NCBI GenBank assembly: GCA_003598025.1
Contig: QZKH01000003.1
Coordinates: 503,221-567,220, forward strand
Direction of reading: 5' to 3'
Source of the DNA: Candidatus Omnitrophota bacterium
Lineage (GTDB): Bacteria > Omnitrophota > Gorgyraeia > Gygaellales > Profunditerraquicolaceae
DNA length: 64,000 nt
The position numbers and the translations under genes were made by a program. Positions 19,518 to 27,037 of the stretch are shown piece by piece (positions within the stretch are counted from its first letter, which is position 1; each line of letters starts with the position of its first letter). The notes under the pieces were generated by a model, which worked only from the letters and a program-made list of their open reading frames with translations, did not search any database and was not told the origin of the DNA.

Positions 19518-20339
19518 TTATTCCTTTTGAAAATCATTTACTATTGTAAAAATTAAAGCCACGGTTGCAGAAGCAGTAGCCTTAGAAATAGTGTATTTTT
19601 TACTCTTTTCTGCAGCTAAATGTACCGAGTTTCTAAATCGTCTAATTGCTGAAGCCAAATTACTGATCTCTTCTTTTAAAAAACCTTTTTTTTGACATAT
19701 TTCAATTAGTTCTTCAAATCTTTTATTCTTCACATTTTCATTTTTATTATCTAGGAATAATCTTAGCAATTCCTCTATCACTCCACCAGCCAAAATTACA
19801 GCTGGTTTATTAAAATCATTTCTGGCTAAAAAATAGGCTTGTTCAACGTCTCTAAAAATAATTTCTCTTCTAAATTGGCTTTTAACAAAGTTAATATTTT
19901 TCCCAAATACACGCTTGCTTATTCCAAAGTCTTTTTTTATTCCATCCCAATAATTCTTATTTTCGGCTTGTTTCTTTTTTCTTGAAGATCGGGCATGCAG
20001 CCATGAAGAGCTCTCGGGTTGTGGGCCATCTTCACAATACCAACCTTCACTATAATCTAGATATTCTGAAGGACAATCAAGCCGATCAGTTATTGCTACT
20101 CGAAAGGAAATAGCATCTAAGTCTTTGTAACGCGCTGGGCTAAAATCAGAAACCCTACCTTCCCAACAGCCTTCTATCTTTCGAGTTTCACGATTTCTTT
20201 TTATAAATACCGTATTGGTATTGGCTACTAATTTCCCCTCATTCATAGGGTGACGGAACATTGATTTAGTAAAAAACGCTCTGTTATCTGGTAGCTGATC
20301 CCAATGACCCCGCCAATTTGTTACCATTATGTATTTCAT
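19518..20339 (-). CDS. Hypothetical protein with possible C-terminal HEPN-like domain
   Basis: 273 aa. The C-terminal helical region contains AIRRFRNSVHLAAE, compatible with the HEPN Rx4-6H motif. The N-terminal domain is unrecognised. First gene of the minus-strand operon. Confidence 0.35.
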   Translation of the reverse strand: MKYIMVTNWRGHWDQLPDNRAFFTKSMFRHPMNEGKLVANTNTVFIKRNRETRKIEGCWEGRVSDFSPARYKDLDAISFRVAITDRLDCPSEYLDYSEGWYCEDGPQPESSSWLHARSSRKKKQAENKNYWDGIKKDFGISKRVFGKNINFVKSQFRREIIFRDVEQAYFLARNDFNKPAVILAGGVIEELLRLFLDNKNENVKNKRFEELIEICQKKGFLKEEISNLASAIRRFRNSVHLAAEKSKKYTISKATASATVALIFTIVNDFQKE

Positions 20340-20559
20340 ATTGGCCCCTTCTTAAAATTAATCTTAATATAAATTAAGGCAACCTCCTATTCTAGAGAAT
20401 CGCCTTATGTTTTAGTATTCAAACCCCCATTCCCCACCTCTTTGTGCTGGGAATTATTATACTACCATTCTAAGCAATATTAAGCTTTTTTCTTAGAAAT
20501 TTATGTTAGATTTTGCCATTTATTGCGTCTATTACATTAAAGGTAGATAAACAATTTTC

Positions 20560-20593
20560 TTGACCTTTTTTACATTTCGTAGTACAATCGAAA
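20560..20593 (+). promoter_or_regulatory. Sigma70-like promoter (TTGACC-17-TACAAT) overlapped by an imperfect palindrome, upstream of the lexA-methyltransferase fusion
   Basis: TTGACC at 20560-20565, 17-nt spacer, TACAAT at 20583-20588. Palindrome TTTCGTAGTACAATCGAAA at 20575-20593 (TTCG...CGAA arms) overlaps the -10 and could be a LexA-type operator. ATG at 20618. Confidence 0.4.
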
Positions 20594-20617
20594 AAGAATC
20601 GAAAGTAGAGACTAGAT

Positions 20618-22150
20618 ATGCTTACAAAACGCAAAAAACAAATATTAGACTTCCTGAAAGACTATATAAATAAACATCGCTATTCGCCCTCCCTAGAAGA
20701 AATAAAAAAACATTTCCGATTATCTTCTGTAGCCACGATTCATTACCATATACGCCAATTACAAGAGATGGGGTATTTAGACAAAATGAATAACCATCCT
20801 AGAACAATAGATGTCTCAATGGAACAAAAGTTAATACGAATTCCGATTCTTGGTACTATTGCGGCCGGGCAACCCATTGAGGTAATTGAAAACAAAGAAA
20901 GCATCGCCATCCCCCAAAGCAAAATTAATTCTAACGATGAATATTTTGCATTACGAGTAATTGGAAATAGCATGATAGATGAAAATATAAATGAAGGGGA
21001 TATTATCTTAGTAAGAAGACAATCAGTAGCTGAAAATGGACAAAAGATAGTTGCGCTTATTGATAATTATAAAGCGACTCTAAAAAAATTCTATAAAGAA
21101 AGAGGACATATTAGACTTCAGCCTGCAAATAAATTCCTTGAGCCAATTATTATAGATAAGAAGAGCGAATTTGTTATACAAGGCGCAGTAGTTGATGTTA
21201 TAAAGAATACTGCCTCCGAACCCCTAACTATTACACCTCCAATTAAAGATAAGCCCAAAAAACATGATAAATTGCCCTTAAACAAAATTATTTGTGGGGA
21301 TGCCCTTGAAGAGATTAGAAAGATTCCGGATGAATCCTGTCATGTTATTATTGCTGATCCTCCTTATAATATTGGTAAAGATTTCGGCAATAACCTAGAT
21401 AAAAGAGATTTGGGAGAATATATTGCATGGTGTAAAACTTGGATTAATGAATGCGCCAGAATAATGAAACCCCGCGCTACAATGTTTATCTATGGATTCA
21501 GCGAAATCTTAGCTTATTTATCTGTTGAGATTCCCCTAAACCGGAGATGGCTAATTTGGCATTATACTAATAAAAACGTGGCCTCTCTCCAATTCTGGCA
21601 AAGGAGCCATGAAGCAATTATCTCTTGCTGGAAAGATGATCCTGTTTTCAATAGGGATGATGTACGAGAACCTTATACTGAAGGATTCTTAAATGGAGCG
21701 GCTGGCAAAGTTAGGGCAGGAACCGCAGGACGATTTAGCCGAAATGGAAAAGAAACTATTTATAAAGCGCATGAAGCGGGAGCGTTGCCTAGAGATGTTA
21801 TTAAAATCCCTGCATTAGCCGGAGGCGCTGGCATGACCGAACGATGGTTTTTATGCAAAACCTGTGATAACGTTTTTAAGCCAGATGCCCTTAAGAAACA
21901 TATTAACCATGATATAATAAAACACCCAACACAAAAACCTTTGGAGCTCTCGGGAAAGCTAATTAAGTCATCGATACCTAAGAATGGCGGCATAGTATTG
22001 GCTCCTTTTGCCGGGGTAGGCTCGGAATGCGTAGCAGCTAAACAACTTGGACTAGCTTACATCGGAATTGAGCTTAATCCTGAGTATATTAGGATTGCAA
22101 ATAAAAGGTTGGATAGTATTGAAGTGCAGGATACCCTCAAATTATTCTAA
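20618..22150 (+). CDS. Full-length LexA repressor (wHTH + S24 peptidase) fused to a beta-class N6-adenine/N4-cytosine DNA methyltransferase
   Basis: Residues 1-200 align to LexA throughout: the HTH region, the AAGQP Ala-Gly cleavage site (E. coli VAAGEP), Ser in RVIGNSM and Lys in YKATLKKF. Residues 210-510 carry the N6_N4_Mtase signatures DPPY (motif IV), then HPTQKP and LAPFAGVGSE (motif I) in the beta-class order. Confidence 0.8.
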   Translation: MLTKRKKQILDFLKDYINKHRYSPSLEEIKKHFRLSSVATIHYHIRQLQEMGYLDKMNNHPRTIDVSMEQKLIRIPILGTIAAGQPIEVIENKESIAIPQSKINSNDEYFALRVIGNSMIDENINEGDIILVRRQSVAENGQKIVALIDNYKATLKKFYKERGHIRLQPANKFLEPIIIDKKSEFVIQGAVVDVIKNTASEPLTITPPIKDKPKKHDKLPLNKIICGDALEEIRKIPDESCHVIIADPPYNIGKDFGNNLDKRDLGEYIAWCKTWINECARIMKPRATMFIYGFSEILAYLSVEIPLNRRWLIWHYTNKNVASLQFWQRSHEAIISCWKDDPVFNRDDVREPYTEGFLNGAAGKVRAGTAGRFSRNGKETIYKAHEAGALPRDVIKIPALAGGAGMTERWFLCKTCDNVFKPDALKKHINHDIIKHPTQKPLELSGKLIKSSIPKNGGIVLAPFAGVGSECVAAKQLGLAYIGIELNPEYIRIANKRLDSIEVQDTLKLF

Positions 22151-22848
22151 TCGTAAAGCGCCTTCTCTTCTTCAAAAATTGTTGGCGTAAAAACTGTAAA
22201 ACCATTTTTTAGAATCTTGATCTTCCCTGTATCTAACCAATCAGCCTTAAACTCACTATAAGCCTTTTTAAACCCACCCTTCTTTTTATTAGGATCTAGA
22301 AGCATGTCAAAATTTGGAACTTTGTAGACGATTTTAATAAATTTTCCATAAAGTTGCTTTTTGGGCTTCTTTTCCGCCCTTACCTCTCTGCTAAAAGTCT
22401 CTTTTTTAACCTGGTAATTCAACTTTTTCCCTTTATAAGTAACTCTAAAGTCAGCTCCTTGATGATCTAATTCTGAAGACATCTCTACAGATTTTTCTCC
22501 AAAAACCGCTTCGGCTACGTAACCAGCATGAATTTGAGTAATAATACTCGCCCAAGTACGGTAAATCCTCGCAGGCAGACCTTTATAAAAACAGGTTTTG
22601 CACATTTGGGTCTTATTACGAAACAATTCTAGATTCTTACGGTATAGTTTCCTATATTCTTCATAGAACTGCTCGTAAGAGATAACCTTTCTTTTATCCC
22701 AATATATCTTATAAAGCAAATCTAATGCCTGGATTTCTCTAGGTAAATCCATTTCAACTATTTTAATGGGCATGAATTTCTTACGATAGTTGCCCAAATC
22801 AACAATCTCTAAAAACTTTTCAAATTGCTCGTTGTCCATTTTAGCCAT
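22147..22848 (-). CDS. Putative Type II restriction endonuclease (partner of the methyltransferase)
   Basis: No family signature. Inferred from position (directly downstream of a C-protein gene, convergent with and overlapping the MTase 3' end by 4 nt) and a possible PD-(D/E)xK-like ELDHQGADF...YQVKK segment. Confidence 0.4.
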   Translation of the reverse strand: MAKMDNEQFEKFLEIVDLGNYRKKFMPIKIVEMDLPREIQALDLLYKIYWDKRKVISYEQFYEEYRKLYRKNLELFRNKTQMCKTCFYKGLPARIYRTWASIITQIHAGYVAEAVFGEKSVEMSSELDHQGADFRVTYKGKKLNYQVKKETFSREVRAEKKPKKQLYGKFIKIVYKVPNFDMLLDPNKKKGGFKKAYSEFKADWLDTGKIKILKNGFTVFTPTIFEEEKALYD

Positions 22849-22857
22849 ATTTTCTCA

Positions 22858-23067
22858 CTATAATAATTCTTTTACAGAAACATTAAGCGCTTTTGCAAGC
22901 TTAGCGATATTCTTAAGCGCAACGTTTCTTTTCCCGCATTCAATCTGTCCAATATATGTCCGGTGTAAATCGGCTAATTCCGCAAGTTTCTCTTGGGAGA
23001 GATTCTTCTTGAGGCGATATTTACGCACCTTAGCACCAAATTGTTCTAGAATTAATGCCATATTCAT
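22858..23067 (-). CDS. R-M controller (C) protein, XRE-family HTH
   Basis: 69 aa; LSQEKLAELADLHRTYIGQIECGKRNVALKNIAKLAKALNV is a canonical XRE/Cro-C1 HTH of C-protein size. Located immediately upstream of the putative REase gene on the same strand. Confidence 0.65.
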   Translation of the reverse strand: MNMALILEQFGAKVRKYRLKKNLSQEKLAELADLHRTYIGQIECGKRNVALKNIAKLAKALNVSVKELL

Positions 23068-23158
23068 CTTTCCTTTATTGACAATATTATATAATTATGT
23101 TATATTTAAGTCTACAGAATCCGAGTAACATTATTATAAACAAAAAATGTTCCCTCCC

Positions 23159-23227
23159 CTAAAATTTTCGCCAGTTTTTTGAAAAGATAGCGCCAGGCGG
23201 GGCGCGGGGTGGGGGCCGCGCCCCGCC
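23159..23227. repeat. Right copy of the 69-bp inverted repeat (IR-R)
   Basis: Reverse complement of 16327-16395 with a single indel (cagg vs ctagg). Weaker similarity extends about 60 bp further outward on both copies. Confidence 0.8.
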
Positions 23228-23716
23228 CAAGCATTTTCTGAAGCACTGAACGCAAGAGGCGGGGCAAAGCGCCGTCCGTATAGTTTTAGCTTGTATCAGG
23301 CGCTGCGGCCGAGCTTCTTCCTAAAAAAATTTTGTTTTTAAGGGCTAAATTGAGCTAAAGCGAGGACGCACGCCGCGACCCTGGATTTTTTTATTGTTGT
23401 AGCGACGAGCCACGCCGAACACGCACTGCATTACCACGAAGCGAGCGGCCCAGCGAGCGCCATTGCCCGCTCAATGTGGGAGCGCCCCCCCAGGGCGCGG
23501 TGCATTTAAGCTGTTTCCTTAGAGGCCGGCTTTACCCCGGTATTAGAAAACAAAAACGGCAAGAGGCGGGGCAGAGTTTAGATATAGCAGCTGAGGTTCT
23601 TTCCGGGAAAATTTTGTTTGCAGGGCGCGGGGATAAGGAGATGTTTCAGGGCTTTACCCCGGGATGCACCTTGCCCAAAAGGATGGGCAAGTGCCCGGCT
23701 TTCTGCCGGGAGTTTC
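23160..23716. repeat. GC-rich repetitive non-coding spacer
   Basis: About 560 bp of more than 60 % GC in an AT-rich genome. Contains recurring motifs gggcgcgg, ctttaccccgg and caagaggcggggca, each present 2-3 times, and a perfect hairpin ggacccca-tttctaaa-tggggtcc at about 23752-23777 just inside the recombinase 3' end. The ORFs here (e.g. 23476..23781) look spurious. Confidence 0.5.
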
Positions 23717-25594
23717 TCAGGGACGAAAATGCTTTCGATCTATCGGATACAAGGACCCCATTTCTAAATGGGGTCCCATAAGTTCCCCTGTGCGAACACC
23801 TAGATTGCTATAATACTTTTTACCTGAACCGGCTAACGGAACCCCGTCGCACGAGGAAGTTTCTCTTTTCTTATAAGCTTTTGTTCCAAACTTGCCACTA
23901 ATCTCTTCTAAAGCTTTATTATTATAACACTCATCGGCTATTTTTTGTAACGTTTTATTCCATATTTCAGCATTTTGACCTCTACTAAAAGGACGACCGA
24001 ATAACCCGATCTTGAGCTTGCCAATCCCTTTTTTCTTGTCAGCGATTTCGCAGATAACCGAATTAATTATTCTTGGTAAAATTGCCTGAATACGCTCCCT
24101 ATTATTTTTATTCATCATATAAAAATCTTCAAATAACTGTAATGTCATAATGTAGTCATGAGCTGTCCCGGCCTGTACCTTTTCTGCTTGAATTTCTGAT
24201 TTCAGTCTGTTTTCTTCTAAAACTAGCTCAGACTCATCTTGATTTAAAGTCCCTAGTTTCTCCTTAACCATATCGATTCCTGCCAGCCCTTTATCTGTGA
24301 GTATATCCACTAAATTTGCAATTTTTGTACGAATATCTTTTAGGCTTGCCTGAACTCTATCCAAATCTTCTTCCAAAATTCCTATTGTTGATGCAGTTGC
24401 CTGGTTTGCTTTTTTTACGATTTCGGCGATATTCTCCGGATCTAAATGTAAATTCCGCAGCACCTCGATGATTGCATCGTCTACAGCATCTGCAGCCAAA
24501 AGATTAACTTCTCCACAATCAATACCATTAGTCTTAAATGCTTTCATGCACATATAATAGGGATAATATTTACCGCCTTTACCGGTAGCCGGCCTTGTAA
24601 TCATGGTCGACCCGCAATTACTACATTTAAGCAGGCTTTTGGTAAGGTAAACGTAATTACGATTTGAGCCATTGGGACCGTGATTGGTTGTTCTGTTTCT
24701 TTTTAAGACCGCTTGGATTGTTTTATGAACATCCTCACTCCTTATGGGTTCCCAGTTCCCGGTATAAATCTGACCATTGTGCTCCTGCTTTGCAATATAG
24801 CGAATATTCTGAAGAATACGCGATACTTGAGGTTTTGAATATGTTTTCCCATGTTTAGATTTATAACCTTTTTGGTGCAAAATATCAACAACCTTACCTG
24901 CACTTTTCACTCTCAGGTATAATTGATCAATAAATTCAACATGCTTTCTATAAACAGGATCGGGCACATAGGTAGTCTTACCATTAATATCTTTATTTGT
25001 TCGATAACCTAATGGTGGCGGACCTATTGGCCGGCCCTGATTAAGATGTCTTATAACAGTTTCTAAACTATATTGCGATATCCGTTCTGCTTGCCATTGG
25101 GCAAGATTAGCGTGATTACGCATAATCATCTGCCCGTCAGGCGTTGATGTATCTATATCAAGATCTAGACAGACAAGCGCAACCTCATTCTCGTTAAATT
25201 CAGCTGAAATATCTATATAGTCTCTTGTGTTTCTTGCTATACGATCCAGTTTTGTTACTACAACAACATCAATAAGCCTTAATTTAGCAAGTTCAAGGGC
25301 TTTAGCTAATCCTCTTCTGCCTTCACGCTTTGTTGCAGTGCGCCCTTTTCTCTGTCCGTCCGGGCCTTCGTTTTCTACGAATATATCGATAAGCTCCCAT
25401 TTTTGAGGCGCATGCAGACTTGATTTAGACTTCACCCAATTCTTAAGGACTTCTTTCTGATGATCTAATGATTCGCCTATCTTCTGCGCCTGCTTGTCTG
25501 TTGAAACGCGGGCAATGCCAAAAACACGGACAACCTTTGCATCCTTAAAGCTATAAACAGTTGTAACTCTTCTCCAAGATATCTTTTCAGCCAT
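23717..25594 (-). CDS. Large serine recombinase (resolvase/invertase N-terminal domain + recombinase domain + zinc ribbon + coiled coil)
   Basis: Catalytic-Ser region GIARVSTDKQ near the N-terminus, recombinase domain, zinc ribbon CSNCGS...YYPYYMC, long C-terminal coiled coil; 625 aa. Confidence 0.85.
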   Translation of the reverse strand: MAEKISWRRVTTVYSFKDAKVVRVFGIARVSTDKQAQKIGESLDHQKEVLKNWVKSKSSLHAPQKWELIDIFVENEGPDGQRKGRTATKREGRRGLAKALELAKLRLIDVVVVTKLDRIARNTRDYIDISAEFNENEVALVCLDLDIDTSTPDGQMIMRNHANLAQWQAERISQYSLETVIRHLNQGRPIGPPPLGYRTNKDINGKTTYVPDPVYRKHVEFIDQLYLRVKSAGKVVDILHQKGYKSKHGKTYSKPQVSRILQNIRYIAKQEHNGQIYTGNWEPIRSEDVHKTIQAVLKRNRTTNHGPNGSNRNYVYLTKSLLKCSNCGSTMITRPATGKGGKYYPYYMCMKAFKTNGIDCGEVNLLAADAVDDAIIEVLRNLHLDPENIAEIVKKANQATASTIGILEEDLDRVQASLKDIRTKIANLVDILTDKGLAGIDMVKEKLGTLNQDESELVLEENRLKSEIQAEKVQAGTAHDYIMTLQLFEDFYMMNKNNRERIQAILPRIINSVICEIADKKKGIGKLKIGLFGRPFSRGQNAEIWNKTLQKIADECYNNKALEEISGKFGTKAYKKRETSSCDGVPLAGSGKKYYSNLGVRTGELMGPHLEMGSLYPIDRKHFRP

Positions 25595-25636
25595 AACCTC
25601 CCCTACTTTCGTTTGGGTAACATTATAGCATTTATT

Positions 25637-25891
25637 CTATTCATTGCAATCTTTTTTATTTCCATAAATATCTCTGCTGGTTTCCCGACATGACTCTGCC
25701 CAAAGCAATCCAAAGATTTCATTAAAATCTCTTATCCTGTCTTCGTCTGATAATTGCGTATAGGGATTACTTGGATTAACATACAGTTCAGGAGCAGAGC
25801 TGGCGTCACAGATTTCAATCTTAAAAGACCGAATCACTTTTCCAGCATGTTTTTTTTGTTTTATCTTATCAGACTTATCCACAGAATTCAC
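25637..25891 (-). CDS. Hypothetical small protein
   Basis: 84-aa ORF between the recombinase and the replication-organizer-like gene; no motif. Confidence 0.3.
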   Translation of the reverse strand: MNSVDKSDKIKQKKHAGKVIRSFKIEICDASSAPELYVNPSNPYTQLSDEDRIRDFNEIFGLLWAESCRETSRDIYGNKKDCNE

Positions 25892-25943
25892 AGCCTCATT
25901 TCTTTACTACTATTTCTTTAATATTTTCTTTAAAAGCTTTACA

Positions 25944-26006
25944 GGGGTTAGTTGACCCCCAAAAATAGGGGCTAATTCACCCCTTATGTGGGGGTAATTT
26001 GGCCCC
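25944..26006. repeat. Three iteron-like GGGG-N8/9-CCCC hairpin units
   Basis: ggggttagttgacccc (25944-25959), ggggctaattcacccc (25968-25983) and gggggtaatttggcccc (25990-26006), spaced about 22-24 bp apart and overlapping the 3' end of the replication-organizer-like gene. Confidence 0.45.
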
Positions 26007-26393
26007 TTCGATATTACGAGTTTTCCACAGCTGCCAGGTTGTGTGATTCGGATTTAAAGCAAGTCTGTTTTTACGGCCATCCTTGCTTTTGATAATGACC
26101 TTGGACTGAATAAGCAGATTGATCGTTCTTCTGACATTGCGCTTGTTGAGATTTGTCTCTTTTGCGATATAGCCGTAACTAAGAAGCTTGTTTTCTTTAT
26201 GCCAGCCGCTGGTCATCCGGATTACAAAAATAATAACCCGGATCTCTGTGCCATTGAAAGGCGACCTGTAAATAGCGCGCAAAACATTATTAGAGATCTT
26301 TGTGTAGCCCCCAATATTCTGAAATAAAGTTTCTGTCATAGTAAAAGGCAACAAAAAAGGGGCTGGCATTCCTGAGAGTTTCCTCAGAAACAC
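25977..26393 (-). CDS. Winged-helix DNA-binding protein resembling the phage replisome-organizer / replication-initiator N-terminal domain
   Basis: The pattern ISNNVLRAIYRSPFNGTEIRVIIFVIRMTSGW...LSYGYIAKETNLNKRNVRRTINLLIQSKVI is typical of Phage_rep_org_N-type wHTH domains. The true start is probably the internal MTETLFQN. Confidence 0.45.
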   Translation of the reverse strand: MFLRKLSGMPAPFLLPFTMTETLFQNIGGYTKISNNVLRAIYRSPFNGTEIRVIIFVIRMTSGWHKENKLLSYGYIAKETNLNKRNVRRTINLLIQSKVIIKSKDGRKNRLALNPNHTTWQLWKTRNIEGAKLPPHKG

Positions 26394-26545
26394 CAGCCCC
26401 TTGGTTCTTCAATAGGACTGTCTTACATTACTACCGAATTGTCAGATCCTGCTTCTTAAAAAATTATACACTATACTTCGATATTGTCAAGATTTTTTAG
26501 GAACAAGTCTAACAAGTTTAAATGCAGAAATCTTTTTATAATAAA

Positions 26546-26725
26546 TTACTCGGCGTTAAATGAATCTTTCCTCCGGATTCTCCGTATCTCTTCCTTAAAG
26601 GGTGCAACATCTACGGCTTTCTCTTCTTTGATTAATACCGGGACTCCATCTTCAAAGTTTATTTTGATAGAGCCAAAAAAGCGCCCCTTAACCAATGAAT
26701 CCAAATAATTATTTAATTTCTCCAT
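26546..26725 (-). CDS. Small protein (59 aa), DUF2292/YezD-like pattern
   Basis: Reverse-strand ORF MEKLNNYLDSLVKGRFFGSIKINFEDGVPVLIKEEKAVDVAPFKEEIRRIRRKDSFNAE; below the ORF-track size cut-off. It overlaps the plus-strand ORF 26484..26708, which I consider spurious. Confidence 0.3.
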   Translation of the reverse strand: MEKLNNYLDSLVKGRFFGSIKINFEDGVPVLIKEEKAVDVAPFKEEIRRIRRKDSFNAE

Positions 26726-26882
26726 TTATTTAGCCAAATCCTTCATAACCTCTTCTTCTGCTTTATATTAACCAATGTGCGGTTTTGCTACATAACGTTG
26801 TAATTCCGCACATTTTATGGTATACTTTAAGTAGAAATAAGTCAGAAAAAGGTTTAAGTCGATAATAGCAAACCATTCGAAA

Positions 26883-27012
26883 GAATGGGGCGCAAAGCTA
26901 TAGAGCCTAACTTCCGGGGGATACCCGGGATAAGGCAGTCAGTTGCCGAAGTTAAACTTTTTTTCTTTTGTGCCCCATTCTTCTGAAAAGAGAAGCAGAA
27001 TGGGGCGTTTTT
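26883..27012 (+). promoter_or_regulatory. Leader with terminator/anti-terminator alternative pairing upstream of a response-regulator gene
   Basis: gccccattcttc (26972-26983) pairs with gaagcagaatggggc (26991-27006), followed by TTTTT (27008-27012): an intrinsic terminator about 25 nt before the RBS. An upstream copy of gaatggggcg (26883-26892) could pair with the same gccccattc arm instead. A palindrome atgtgcgg-N23-ccgcacat and a TATACT -10-like hexamer lie at 26780-26830. Confidence 0.4.
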
Positions 27013-27037
27013 GTCTTTAGTATCAGAAGGAGCTCTA

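Noticed and set aside
20618-22150. The possibility that the LexA-MTase fusion is two genes joined by a frameshift error
   Set aside because: The ORF is continuous in the given sequence with a sensible about 10-aa linker (IKDKPKKHDK) between domains, and there is no internal RBS or start near the junction. The alternative is kept as the listed refutation test rather than assumed.
23160-23716. Possible CRISPR array in the GC-rich repeat block
   Set aside because: The repeated motifs are short (8-14 bp), in mixed order and not regularly spaced by unique spacers. No cas genes are adjacent (the Cas4-like protein belongs to a different operon 4 kb away). This is not a CRISPR array.
23476-23781. 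101-aa ORF in the GC-rich spacer
   Set aside because: It lies in a repetitive GC-rich non-coding block and has an atypical composition for this AT-rich genome (Gly/Arg/Pro/Ala-rich), no RBS and no motif. It is more likely non-coding.
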